A stretch of DNA of 64,000 bases, from the NCBI GenBank assembly GCA_951406725.2, contig OX597820.1, positions 94,426,001 through 94,490,000 on the forward strand, in the 5' to 3' direction. A model generated the notes under the pieces. It was given only the letters and a program-made list of their open reading frames with translations, had not been told where the DNA came from and did not search any database. Positions 12,354 to 26,959 of this stretch are shown piece after piece (position 1 is the stretch's first letter; each line of letters opens with the position of its first letter). Position numbers and translations under genes: made by a program. This stretch comes from Octopus vulgaris. Lineage: Eukaryota.

Positions 12354-12629
12354 GATATTAACAGTTATCGCCAAGCTAATATGGCAGTCCATAAATGTAG
12401 GAAGAAAGCTGCCGTTGATTAGCTCCAGGATGCCATCGCCTCTAGCTAGCTATATGACACACGAACCTGTGTCCATTATAATGGTTATAATGGTTATAAA
12501 GGTTATAATGGACACAGGTTCGGTGTCATATAGCTAGCTAGAGGCGATGGCCTCTTGGAGCTAATCAACGCCAGCTTTCTTCCTACATTTATGGACTGCC
12601 ATATTAGCTTGGCAATAACTGTTAATATC
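12354..12629. repeat. Near-perfect palindrome, arms about 126 bp, (ATGGTTATA)n spacer
   Basis: 12354-12480 is the reverse complement of 12504-12629 with few mismatches. Confidence 0.92.
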
Positions 12630-12869
12630 CAGTACCGCTGCCGCAGAGAGACTTAGAAATAATAATATTTCTATAGTAATTATGTAATAATTATTGCAAA
12701 GTTCATCGGGAATTGAAATCTAAATAGATATTTAGAACGAAGAAAAATATATGTGCATGCTCGAGTGTATGCACACACATATAAGTATAATTTATTGCTC
12801 AATTATTGATGGATTTAACAAAAAAGTACTACATCTAGTGAGAGATGCATTTAATATATACAGGATTTG

Positions 12870-13080
12870 TGGTGGCGACTTAGTAGAAACCTTATCACAC
12901 CGGGCGAAATGCTTAGCAGTTTTCGTCCGTCTCTACATTCTGAATTCAAATTTTGCCGAGGTCGAATTTACCTTTCATCTTTTTGGGGTCGATAAAATAA
13001 GTACCAGTTGAATACTAGAGTCGATGTGATCGACTTATCCCCTCTCTGGAATTGCTGGCCTTGTGCCAAACTTTGAAACC
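12870..13080 (+). mobile_element. SINE copy
   Basis: Same head and core as 4225-4438. Confidence 0.8.
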
Positions 13081-13339
13081 AAACAGAACTTAAATTCAAG
13101 ATACTTGTTGGTTCCTTCTTTTTCTTTTACCTTCCTCTCTTCCATTTTCCTTTTTCTGATTTTTTGGGGGGAGGTTTTGGTTCTATTTTTGTCTTTTAAA
13201 AAAGATATTTAAGCCTGAAAATTTACTTGGAAACACACAGCACTTTATACAAGCTTATCAAATTATTGTGAAACTAAGCATTAAAAATCATGTGTGACTT
13301 TAAATCCTGTGTATACTACTACTACTACGAAGTTGCATA

Positions 13340-14140
13340 GCATTACATTTAATTCTTTAATTTATATACCGCCTTACATAGACCAACACGTTTCAATTGC
13401 ACCGATTAGTAACCGTTGCAATTGCAACCCTACTACAAAACCAGTATTGTTTCTTCAGGGTCTTTATTTCATATCCTCAGATTTAGTCGTTTGAAGGTTT
13501 TCTTTTATCTGCTCTGCGTTATATAATGTAGAGTTGTCCGTTAAGTTAGACGCAAACAATCTCCATTTCAAGTTTTTATTGGATAATCATTTTAAGTCCA
13601 TTATTTTAAAACCCTCTGTTGTTTAAATGATAATTATTCATTTATACTTGGCAAATGTGAATCTCGTCCTGTGCAAGCATCTCAATCCTTGTTCCTGTTT
13701 AGAACTTATTGCATTACCCTTGGATGTAAAATTCGGGTAAAATTCTTCTGAACATAAGTCACATCTATTGGTTCAGGGCCTGTATGGTTTTGCAGTACAA
13801 ATTAATTCCCAATTAATAGTATAGTCTTTGTTACTGTCCTTAAAAGAGGATATTAATTTGCTAAGACTCATTTCGAACCTTTTATTTTTTGTCTTTAAAT
13901 GAACTCAAATGATTTGCCAGTCTCCTCTTGAAAAGTAATGATGTCCCACCGATGTAAAAGAATCCCTTACCCTCAGATGTAACTACATCTATATATTACA
14001 TTTTCAGTCTTACACTTATTTTCTACATAACAGGATTCCCGTTTAGAACAATAAATAATGTGAGTGTATAGGGATAAAACTATCCTAGCGCGTACCGTGT
14101 TAGCTCTCTGAAACACGAGTCGGTCATTGTAATCGAATAA
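13340..14140 (-). mobile_element. Penelope-like element 3' fragment (GIY-YIG) with hammerhead
   Basis: Minus strand CKTENVIYRC, FFYIGG, SLSKLI...INWELICTAKPY...RCDLC...RCLH; hammerhead-like fold at 13381-13462. Confidence 0.8.
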
Positions 14141-14227
14141 TTATGCTGTACGACAAACTATAAAATTAAAAGAAAAAAATTTGATGATGTACCTGTCTCT
14201 GTATTCTTTATAATTGTTTGAAATGTG

Positions 14228-14540
<313 letters not shown>

Positions 14541-15620
14541 CACACATACATACATACATGTATGTGTGAAGAAGATGATGGAAAAAGTTGTAATACTGCT
14601 AGCGGTATTCGAACGCTTTGTCAGTTGCACACAGGATAGTAGTGGTTATCACTGCACCAAAGCATACTACAAACCTATTGACCCCGTATATTTGCACACT
14701 TAAATCAAGTAGCTACAATGACATTCTTCGCTATATTAGCTGTAGTTGTTTCTGCAAGTGAAAAAATAATGCTTATCCTATTTTATTCTGGTCAGAAATG
14801 GGATTGTTTAAGTTTTCACTTCCTTCCTGCTTCAAGTCCTTCTTCTTCATGAAGTTGAAGAAATAGGATCATATAAACACTGAGCATGCACTGGAACAAT
14901 CTTAATGTACTGTCAGAAGCATAGCAAGTGGTGACCGAGAAGGTGAATCAACCGTTTCCGGGTCTGGTGTGAAGGATGCAAAGTTTTCTGTGACCCATTA
15001 TACCTATTTTCCATCTGCAACCTTTCTCTCACTCGAAAAACATGGATTTTGTAGGGTTTTAAATATGAGATTTTCTGCTCAAGAACTACAAAGCTATTGT
15101 GGAGTTAAGCGGAGAGAAAATGGTAACATGGCTTAGGTTGTCATCATTTCACCTATATCTTCGAGAACTTACTCTCTACTTAACCAACCTGATCAGTCGT
15201 ATTAAGAATGGCGTCTATCTTTTTTCCCTTCTTTTCCATCATTCTTTCTTTTCTCCTTTCTTTTTATTTGAATATGCACACCAGATTTTGCTCTTTAACT
15301 TCAGTTCAAACCTAATCGATCAGAGATGTAGTAATTACAATCCTCACGCTTTTTTGCCTCCCAGTGTATCTAGGGACTACGTTATGATGTATGTGTCCTT
15401 TCCTTTTTAATAATTTGGGGGTTTTTTTAATTCAAAGGAGAGACAAGTGAAAAACCCAGAAGTGCAGGTGCTGTGAGATGTAAATAAGTACTTGGCGTGT
15501 GGGACTTACATACTGTGACGTAAAAACTGTCAATGCTCTCGGATACCGAGAGTCCTTGCCTCGCCACCGTGGAGAGTAACACTCGCCTTGAAAATAAACA
15601 TCATTTTTAGATTACTCGTT

Positions 15621-15830
15621 AAGGCGGCGAGCTGATAGCATCGTTAGCATGTTGGACGTTAATGGTATTTCCCCCGTGGCTACAAATTGAGTTCAAATTC
15701 CGCCGAGGTCGACTTTGCCTTTGCTCTTCATTATTATGCGGTCGATAAAGTACCAGTGAAACACTGGGGTTGATGTAATCGACTAGTCCCCTCCCTACAA
15801 ATTTCAGGCCTTGTGCCTTTAGTAGAAAGA
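15621..15830 (+). mobile_element. SINE copy with target duplication
   Basis: Same core as other SINEs; ATTACTCGTTAA repeated on both flanks (about 15611 and 15839). Confidence 0.8.
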
Positions 15831-15899
15831 ATAATTACATTACTCGTTAAAATAATAAAAAAAATTTAATCCGATTGCTAGCCGAATTAAATACGTTTC

Positions 15900-16390
15900 T
15901 TCATCAACAAGTGGTAAAATCTTTGAAGAAATGGAAAGTCTTCTATTTATTTGGATTGATAGACAGAAATCGTCCAAGAGAAAGCGTCGTCTTTATTTGA
16001 GGACCTGAAGAAAAAATATCCACATGAGAAAGATCTAGAGTTCAAGGCAAGTTAGAGATGATTTATGAGATTTAAAAACCTGAAGAAGTAAGATGAAAGC
16101 GCATCAGTTGGCGAACACGCAGCAGTGGAATTTCCTGCGATCATCGAAGAAAACGAGCAACAAAATAAAGAAGAGCAAGTCGAACCTGTGCCACACTACT
16201 TCACCATTAAGAAAATGCAGCAGGTATTTGCACACATCGAAAATGGTCTTGCTATGTTCAAAGCTGTGGATCCAAATGCTCAGCGCTTTTCCAAGTTAGC
16301 GGGGAATTGTCACGAAGCTTTTGCTACTTATAACGCAATCTTTGACGAAAGGAAGACAGTTCAATGCACTCTTGACCAGTTTTTTTAAAT
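15900..16390 (+). mobile_element. Tigger/pogo remnant, internally deleted
   Basis: EEMESLLFIWID...QEKASSLFEDLK...FKAS*R*FMRFK (CENP-B type HTH) joined to C-terminal DPNAQRF...QCTLDQFF. Confidence 0.8.
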
Positions 16391-16737
16391 GCATCGAACA
16401 GCAACGAGAACTGCTGGAATCAGCTGATGATGCTGACAACGCCGATACTCGGCTATCTGCATCTACAATGTAAACACCACCAAATTTTACGTATTGGTAA
16501 ATTTAAAATACTTTATCTTTTTTTTTTACTGTATTACAAAATAATAATTACATTTGTCAGCTTAAAATAGATTTTCATTAACCGTGTCTTATCGAAAATG
16601 CATTCATTAATAAAGTACAGCACTGGGGAATGGCCATTAGCAGTCTAGGCAAGGATAAGCCAGGCCTAGCCTATAGACAAGCAACTCGACTTAAGTCGTG
16701 TCTCCTGGAACCAATTAACGACTTAGGTGAAATATAG

Positions 16738-16802
<65 letters not shown>

Positions 16803-17231
16803 TACACACATCCATGAATGAGCACATGCATATATACATATGTTCACACAACTATCATCCAAATGCTATTGGTCAACTCGGAGCTATAGTGGAAGATAGC
16901 ATGCTTATAATTTCTCGCGATATGATAGCTCCATAACCTAATTATTAACGACACGCCATCGCAATGAATGATATTTTGCTTGAAGTTGGTGTGATTGTAG
17001 TAGCTGTTGTTAGATGGATGTTGTTAGTAATGAGCATGCAGAATGGTAATTACTATAGTGGTATTTTGGTAACGCAAGACGTTTATCATTTCATAATGTA
17101 ATGCTTTGATCAATGTATACAACAAACCTGCTACATTTACTACATGTACAGAGTCAGTAAGCATACAAAGTTTCCAGACTCGGTGATGTGTCACTATACT
17201 AAGAAATTATACATTTCTTTTCTTCTTTCAG

Positions 17232-17356
17232 AGCTATGTCATGCTACTGGTTGATTGGAACTCTAAGTAAGGATCACATAATTAAGGTTTCAATTATTGT
17301 ATCATCATTCAACTCGGCTGAAGGTTGTGAGAACTCATACCTCAAAGCATATGACG
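17232..17356 (+). CDS. Multi-CUB protein exon w6 (CUB-B part 2)
   Basis: cag/gtttg; AMSCYWLIGTLSKDHIIKVSIIVSSFNSAEGCENSYLKAYD. Confidence 0.88.
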
Positions 17357-17617
17357 GTTTGTACATTGATATTTCATTAGCTTTTGTTAGTTTTTTTTTC
17401 TAGTTCGAAATTATAATAGAATAATGATTTCACAAGCCACGAACGATCATAAAATCATTGTCTGAGTTAATGTACAGTAAGATAGACTTTGCTTGTTTGT
17501 TTAATTATTTATTTGTTCATTTCGTTCTTTTCCATTCTTCTTTCTTTTTTCTTTATCTTTCTCTCCCCTTCTCTGTCTCTGTCAGTCTGTCCGTCTGTTT
17601 CTGTCTGTCTGCCTCTC

Positions 17618-17705
<88 letters not shown>

Positions 17706-17711
<6 letters not shown>

Positions 17712-18830
17712 GGAGTTGAACGTAGGTGTTATTCAAATTCTTTTACTTCCGACACACGTTTCGAAGATGTCACTGGTATTATTCCAAAGGAATAAAATGG
17801 TGTAAAACAATGTAATCTTCTCTTCTAGGTGTTACTCTATTATTAACTTACGCACGGTTAGGAATGGTTTTTCCAATACAAAAAATCTCTTACAAACTAT
17901 CTCTTCACATAATATTAGCCTGTTAAATAATGATACATTTACTAATACTAACATTAATTTAGCTAATACCATCCATCCCCCTAGAAATATTAATGACAAG
18001 GTTAATGTATCTGAAGTCAATTACAGCAGAATCAAGTTTATGTCAAGTAACTCTAAAATTAAAAATTCTATATACTAGTGTAAAATTACTTCTGTTAATG
18101 AAGTATTTTTTTTATATAGGCAGCTCATCTTCTCAGTTATCTAAAATAATTTTTTATCATTGCTCTACATTTAGAGATAGGAATAACCGTAACAGTACAG
18201 GGCTTAGTAAATTAATTTGGTATCTAAAAGACCACAATAAACAATTTAATTTAGATTGGTTGATTCTCTCAATTTCGATAACTTATGATAAAGGCAAGGA
18301 ATTCTGTCTTCTCTGTAGTTCTGAACTATTCTTTTTTTCTAAAAGTTCCCTTGTAAACACGGTTATAGAGCGTACATACCGATGTAAACATTGGCAGAAA
18401 CACAACTTTAGTTCATATAAGTGATATCTATCATTATATATAATTTAAACATTAATTTTCTTCTTACATTTCACATTCACTAGATATATGTTTTTCCAAG
18501 ACTATATGGTTTTATTTAATATACATATCGTTATATACTTCTCATTTATTTGGTTTTTCTTTCCTTTATTTCTATAAGCTACCTTTGATGTTATATCCTC
18601 TAACATTTTTTTTAAAAACAAACTCAATAGCGTTCAGTTAATCATTATACATATCCATCATTCTCTGTTAAAATGTCTTATTGACGAATTTCATTTCTTC
18701 ATTTCTCTGAAGAGAAGATTACATTGTTTTACAGCATTTTATTCCTTTGGAATAATATCAGTGATATCTTCGAAACATATGTCGGAAGTGAAAGAATTTG
18801 AATAACACCTGCGTTTAACTCCATTTATTT
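17706..18830 (+). mobile_element. 5'-truncated Penelope-like element with inverted pseudo-LTR
   Basis: GIY-YIG ORF remnant (YIGSS...STGLSKLIWYLKD...CLLC...RCKH); 17706-17825 is an inverted copy of 18709-18828. Confidence 0.88.
18702..18788 (+). ncRNA. Type I hammerhead ribozyme, canonical core
   Basis: UUUCU-CUGAAGA-GAAGAU...AUCUUC-GAAA-CAUAUG-UC|GGAAG; predicted cut after C18783. Confidence 0.8.
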
Positions 18831-19022
18831 ATATATGTTACACAAACTATTTCATGTAAACCCGGAGTTTCTACCGTTAAAAACAAGGGGTTACAACCTT
18901 TTTACTTGTGCAATTTTCTGCTACCCTGGTAACTATCTATTTTTTCCGTGTTGTTAACAAGGGGGAGATAGATAGATAGATAGATACATTCATACATACA
19001 TACATACATATATACATACATA

Positions 19023-19877
<855 letters not shown>

Positions 19878-20062
19878 AATTATACTCGTAATTATAAAAT
19901 ATTGTATAAATATATATATATTACGGAGATGTTTTTGCATAGCAAGTGACCTGATCTGAGATCGTGTGCTGGAACGAAAACAATTGCAGCCTGGATGGTG
20001 TTTATAAGCCATATAAGAAACACGCAAAAACCATTAGATTCACTTCAACATTCAAATTTAAT

Positions 20063-20107
20063 TTGTCAAAATATTTTCGTCGCTTTGAGACCGCGACCTG
20101 TTCACTG

Positions 20108-20111
<4 letters not shown>
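20063..20111 (-). ncRNA. Hammerhead-like fold with G3:C8 swapped core (copy 1)
   Basis: UUGUCA-GUGAACA-G-GUCGC-GGUCUCAAA-GCGAC-GAAA-AUAU-UU|UGACAA, inside repeat 19917-20111 that recurs at 63624-63785. Confidence 0.65.
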
Positions 20112-20188
<77 letters not shown>

Positions 20189-20827
20189 CGAGTAATCGTT
20201 GGTGCCTATAAGTAACCATTAGAACAGATAGAAATAACGATTAAATCTTTCAGCGTCTTAGAAAAAGGACATACTAGATAATGCGTTATTGGTTTTCCTA
20301 CACATAAAGCACAGCCGGCACATATATGCGCATGTGTGTGTTTATGAATATGCTTTATTCTCCAAAGTTACACTGATAGGTAAAATTAATTTCAACAAGT
20401 AAAACATGTAAAGCTCTGGTTCTCAACCAACGGGGAGGAGAAATACAAATATGTGTGTGTGTGTGCTTGCGTTTGTATGTCTGTTTTTATCCCCCTCCCC
20501 ACCGTCGCTTGACAACTGACGTGTTTACGTAAACTAGCGGTTCGATAAAAGAGTTTGATAAAGAATAGGGTGCAGCGATTTGTTCGACTAAAGGTGGTGC
20601 TCCAGTATGGCTACAGTCAAATGACTGAAACAAATAAAAGAAATATAAAGTCAGTTTCCATACAGTTTCCGTGTACTAAATTCACTCACGAAGCATCGGT
20701 TGGTATTGAGGGTATAGTAAAAGATGCCGAGCAGTGGAAGCGAACCGGAAACCAAGTAGTTGCAAAATGAGTTGCTTTACATACATTAGACACTATAATA
20801 TATCATCTTCATATGATAGAAATATTA

Positions 20828-22798
20828 CACAAGGTAACAAATTTTAACTTTTTTGTTACAGACACGTAAACAACTGATTCTTACCAAATTTCTTATGCTA
20901 ATTTCAGATCTGACACCTAATTTCTCTATCACGTACAGATTTTGTGTAATCAAAAACCCTTATTTTCCAAATTTTTTCTCACCCGCTTCTATTACGAAAG
21001 CTGTCTATGTCACTTTTCCGTGCCACATTTTATGTTAAATATATTTAAATAATTAGTGAACAAGGATGTCTTTCCTCTCTTTTCCGGCTTACGACAGCGG
21101 AATTTCATTAAGGAGTTTTCACTCTTGCACCCAACCATCCACTCGAAACACGTTAGTATTTTGTCGTTACTATCGAAAGACAGCTTCTGCTCATAAGTGA
21201 AACTTTGGTGTTTCCTTTTCTATCACTTGCAGGATGACATGCTCTCCTTCTGCAGGACCCAACAGTGATCTCCCATTATATTTGGATTGATTACTGGTGT
21301 CTGTTTTCTATAAGTGAGATATGTTGGTTGAAGTGCTCACCATACTCGTCACTCACAGCCCTAAGATTGGCAGGGAAGAAGTCAAGATGAGAATGTAAAA
21401 AATGCACTTTCAAAGACATTCTGCATCCTATTTTTTCAGAAGATTTAAGCATGTTTTCTACAAGTTCACGGTGGTTTTCAGCTTTGTTGTTTCCAAGAAA
21501 ATTTTTGACAACTTCGACGAAAGATGTCCATGTTCCTAGTTCTTTCTCACTTAGATTAGATGAAAACAATGAGTTGTGGATGACTCTACATATTTGTGGT
21601 CCAGTAAAAAGTCCAGCTTCTAGCTTAACATATGCCAATATTCCTTTGATTTATCCTTTGAATATTGGAAATCCATATTGATAATCCGTATCCTTCACGA
21701 AATTTTTCATAAGGCTAAGTTTAACGTGAAGAGGTGAAAGATGTACTTTCTGAGGGTCAATGAATGCTAGATGTTTCACCTTGTGTTTACCAACTACAAG
21801 TTTAATTCAGATGGCCAACCATGTTTTCTGTAATGGTTCTTGTCATCTTTGCCGTTCCATAGAAACAAAAGGCACATATACTTTGTGTAGCTCACCTGTA
21901 ACCCAAGAAGTAATGATACAACTTTAAGGTCACCACAGATATTACATATTATGATCCTTATATTTGATGAGTCTTAGAAGCAGTTCTATTGATTCATAAG
22001 TCTCGTTAAGGCCAGTGGCATGTGCTATATGTATTGAATGATTTTCATTGCCATTGTGCGGTAATACAGCTTTAAGTCTGGCTTTATTAGAGTCAAGGAA
22101 CGGCCTCCATTCTTTTGGAGCATAGCGAAAGCCAATACTTTCCACCAGGCCACTGGAATCGTGGCAGAAACAAACCTTTTCCTCTTGTAAGTAAAATGAT
22201 GAAAACTGCAGCTGGCGATGGCGGAAATGGGAAACTTTGGTCTATGACTGGAGAAAATTCCATTCTTGAATTCTGGAACCAAGCAACTCTGCCTTTTTTT
22301 TTTTTTTTTTTGGTAATTCCAAATCGTGCAACAAGTCATTTAACAACCGATTGACTTAACAAATGTTGGGAGCTAGTTGCACCTGGAACATACACGCCAT
22401 TTTTCCTATTTCTATATCACTAGCAGAATCTTCAGATGAACTGCTGTCTTCAATGACCGCTCTACTTCACTGTCATGTAGCTACTGACCATTAGGTTGTT
22501 GCAATGCACTTGACTCAGTGTTACCAGCCCAGAATAAGTTGTATTGATCAAAATCGTTTGAATTTGTAAATAGTTGGCATACAAAAATTGCTTTAACCTT
22601 GAAAAGCTAGTTTCATATAAAATTTAAAACGATTAAAACAAAATCTGGACGTGTTAGGAAATTTGACTAAGTGGTTTGCATTTTACACAAAATCTAGATG
22701 TGATTGAAAAAATCTAATTATAGATTTGAAATTACCATATCGAAACTAGCTAGGAACACCTATCTGGTTTTCTATAACAAATTATTTTTCACCACGTA
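20828..22798 (-). mobile_element. Chapaev3-like (CMC) DNA transposon, decayed
   Basis: WRPFLDSNK, CGDLKV, LHVKLSLMKNFVK, FTGPQI, MSLKVHFLHSHLDFFP...VSDEYGE; CAC start, TTA on both flanks; family name recalled from motifs. Confidence 0.7.
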
Positions 22799-22808
22799 TT
22801 ATTTAAAG

Positions 22809-23045
22809 CAGTGTTTCTTAACCACTTTTTACCTTTCAAACTCCTTTGATTCCTATTTTACTTAAGTAACCCTCATAGCCATTTGATATTTTAAAAATCC
22901 TGTAATATATTTTTGTTATTAAATATCATTATAAATTGTATGGAAAAATTGTTTAAATATTTTGTGTATTGTAAAAGTAAAACCAAGTTAGTTCACATAA
23001 ACCTAAACAACAAAATCTTATATGGACCCCGGTTGAGAACCACTG
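22809..23045. mobile_element. hAT (Charlie-type) MITE
   Basis: TIRs CAGTGTTTCTTAACC / GGTTGAGAACCACTG; 8-bp TSD ATTTAAAG/ATTTAAAA. Confidence 0.85.
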
Positions 23046-23447
23046 ATTTAAAAGATGCTTTCTCAAAATATTCCCCGTCGAAAAAACTGGGTGAGTTTTA
23101 TGTAGGCTACGTGGCGGCATGTATTTTTGTAAGCAATTTAGATTAATCAACCTACACATATACTCACGGTCATACACTTTCCAATGTGCACACACACTGT
23201 GAGTATGTGTGTGTGTGTGTGTGTGTAATATAGTAAAATGTGGTAGACACAAATGTGTATCCAGAAGCATCTGTGTATGAATGTAATGGGGATGGTGAGA
23301 ATGTACACATATACGATATATAAACATTTTTTTACTTGTTTGTATAAATATGTATTCATTATAAATATATGTGCGTGTGTGTGTGTGTGCATGTGTGTGT
23401 GTGTGAGAGAGAGTGTTTGAGTATGTGTGCATGAATATACATATATG

Positions 23448-23564
<117 letters not shown>

Positions 23565-23569
23565 GCACA

Positions 23570-23834
23570 TACATATGAAAAAGAGACACAGAAAATACAG
23601 ACAGAAAAAGGTTGTGCCTATGTAGGTATATCACTCTATTTCTCACTTTCTGTATGTCTCTCTCTTTCTCTCTCGCTTCCTCGCTCTCTCTTTCACTCTC
23701 CCTCTCTCCACACACATACAAACACACTCACACACACACACACACACATATGCGTGTGTATACATATGAGAAAGAGAGAGAGAAAAAAGACCGACAGAAA
23801 GAGATTGTGCATATGTAGGTATATCACTTTATTC

Positions 23835-23899
<65 letters not shown>

Positions 23900-23930
23900 T
23901 TCTCTCTTCACACACACACGTGCACGCTTA
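23570..23930. repeat. Tandem duplication of about 190 bp
   Basis: GACAGAAA..TTGTGC.TATGTAGGTATATCACT..(CT)n(CA)n occurs twice. Confidence 0.75.
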
Positions 23931-23993
23931 CGCGTTTCATATATTCATAGACATAATACAGACTGTTTTCTTAAATGTGTACTCCAACATTAG

Positions 23994-24140
23994 GTTCGAG
24001 CGACCAGTCACATTTGATTGGACACACCTGTGGAAACAGTACACCCACCTACATATCAACTGGGAACCAGATGCTGTTGACACTGAAATCAACCAATGTA
24101 ATCAACGGATTCTTTCTGTCATTTACAGCTTTAACAAAAT
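23994..24140 (+). CDS. Multi-CUB protein exon w7 (CUB-B part 3)
   Basis: tag/gtacg; SSDQSHLIGHTCGNSTPTYISTGNQMLLTLKSTNVINGFFLSFTALTK. Confidence 0.9.
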
Positions 24141-25383
24141 GTACGTATGCACCAATTGTTTCAAACTATGACACGTCATCTCAAATTTAAAGGTTTCATT
24201 CTCTAAGCACTAGCTGATTGCCTGTGTGTAATATTAATTTTGTTCGACGCCGCCTACATGGCTTAAGTTAATAATTTGTACATTTAAGGCAACTCAACAA
24301 CAGATGACATCGGGTCAGCCAATTAGGAAGTTCGAGTTAATGGAAGATCCCTTCATGATAGCTCGACAAACTTCAAAATAACAGACAAATTTCCTTATAT
24401 AATTACTGTTGAGAAAAACAAACAAAGGCGTATTGGAGCCAATTAGGAAGCCTGAGCTAATGAAACAGCCTCTTCCTAACTGCTCAATAAGGTAGAAATA
24501 GCAGCCAAATTTCTTTATATATTCACTTTCAAAAAACAAACAGAAAAAGCATTTAGCATAATGTATTCTTCGACGCACCGTGTCTGAAAAAAATAGAAAA
24601 GACGGGATGATTATCCCTGAAAAGCCTTTGGTCATGCCTACTCGATCATGCTTACCTGGGGCTAAACAACAACAGCAGCAGCAACACTACTTACAGCTAA
24701 AAGATGTACTGCCTCTCGATGCTACCTTTCAAATTGCTACTAAAATGCCCTCTTTTACAGAACCAGGTGCTCCTGACATATCCAACTCTAATCCTCTCGT
24801 CGCCGATACGACCGTGTCTAGACACCAGGCGCCACTCTAACTATATTTAATATTATAGTTCCCTTTCCAAAACATTATACTTATTTTCGTTTTCATCAGC
24901 TTTAGCTGTCTAGTTAGCCTTGGCGTCGAGGAGTGGCCATGTACGTCAATGGTTCTGTCACTTAAATCTTGGCTAAACTTGTACACAAAGTGTCGAAATG
25001 GGTGATGATTTAACGGCAGAAGAGTGAGAGAGTGGAACGCATAAAATCAGCCCGGGGCTATAGCAGAAGACACTTGCCCAAGATGCCACACAGTGGGACT
25101 GAACCCGGAACCATGTGGTTGGTTAGCAAGCTACTTACCACACAGCCATCTTTCTTTTACTTGTTTCAGTCATTTGACTGCGGCCATACTGGGGCATCGT
25201 CTTGAAGAATTTTAAATCGAATGAATCGACTCCAGGATTTCTTTATTTTTTTCAAAGCCCGGAACGTATCCTATTGGGCTCCTTTGCTGAACCGTGAAGT
25301 TGCGGGGACGTAAACACACCGACATCACTTGTCGGGTAGTGGTAGGGGACAAACACATACACAAAGACATAAAGGCACACCGG

Positions 25384-25417
<34 letters not shown>

Positions 25418-25425
25418 CACACAAA

Positions 25426-25509
<84 letters not shown>

Positions 25510-26959
25510 TTTGAAGAAAAACAAAAGACGAAGGCGGGTGTATAAATCGGGACGTGAAGACAATTCCGAAATATTAAAGTTTTGAGTTGAACGAGCAAAA
25601 AGCACTTCACAAACTTATGATATGCTCTAGACAGCTTATGGCTTGTATTAACCGAGTATCTGTTTTTCGCTGGAACAAGAGGCCAGACAATTCAAGGGCA
25701 TCATCTAGATCAAAGGTTCTCAAACTCATTTTGGCCAAGACCCCCTTTTGACCCTTGGAATCACAAGGACCCCCCCTCCCCCGAAAATATTTTTATTTTT
25801 CAATATACAACTTATTTTTATATCAGCAGATAATGATTGAAAAAATAAAGGACATCGTTTTACATATGCGCTTGTGCGCAGTCGGGAGTACAGATGTACA
25901 AATTGAAATGCTAAAAAACGAAATAATGGATTGAAAGTTTGGTGATTGCATTTACTTCCACCACGAAACACTTATGAGATCAACCCGTTGTCTATCGAAA
26001 GAGTGCTCTTTGGTACGAGTAAATGCCGATGAAATCATTTCAAACCTTTCTGGTTTCCCGGGTGACATAACTTATATGTCAGATTGTGCAACAATCTAAC
26101 ATTTAAGTTATTGTCATCCAGGAAGAGGATTTTTTATGCTCAAGAAAAAGAGTGTATTTGATAGAAATTGTTGAAATACATATGTACTTCATATGAGTAG
26201 CAAATTGTGGAGGATGGTATTCACTGTACTTGGATCTAGTTTAGTTTGAGTTATAAAATCAGACCCCTTTTAGAATTACGTAAAAAAATCATTTCTTATT
26301 CAGGATCTAGTTTGTTTCATTCGCAAAACCTGCATTTTTTTAAAAGGAAGTAAAATATTCTGAAAATTGGTTATCTTGATGCTGTTTTCCACGTTTGTTT
26401 CTATGGAGCGATAAACTTCTGAAGGAAAAATTTGACACGCACAAAATTTTTTTTCTACAAATATGCTTCAGATCATGTAGATTCCGATTAAACTGTTTAG
26501 GTTTCATTATGAGAAATTGATCTATTCCATTTCATTCTCATTGGAAATACTGGTTCTAGATTTTCAAGTCTTAAGAAAATGAATTATTGTGAAGGTGTTT
26601 CTTTTCCCAAGGACATTAGAGGCTTACGAAAACACTTTTCAGAATTTTTATGACTGATTATCTTCAAATCAGAAGTTAGTTTCAGATTGGAGACCATGCG
26701 CCAATGATTGAAAAATTGTGGAATCCGCTAAACCCACCCAAAGGCCAAGTAATGATATTAAACCAGGCGGCCGGTTGAGGCTATCACTAAGTATAACCAC
26801 AAATATTAGTTCTGGTTTATTTAACTGTGTATGCATGCCAATTTGCATGCATATAAGCACACTTGAAGAGTTTTCTCGCACGCTCTTACATTCTCTCTCA
26901 AACTAATAAGCATAAACCTGCAGACTACCCAACCTCAACCTCACGTTCTAATTTTTCAG

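Noticed and set aside
25711-26700. Possible hAT element starting CAAAGGTTCTCAAAC after ATCTAGAT
   Set aside because: No matching right end or coherent transposase found
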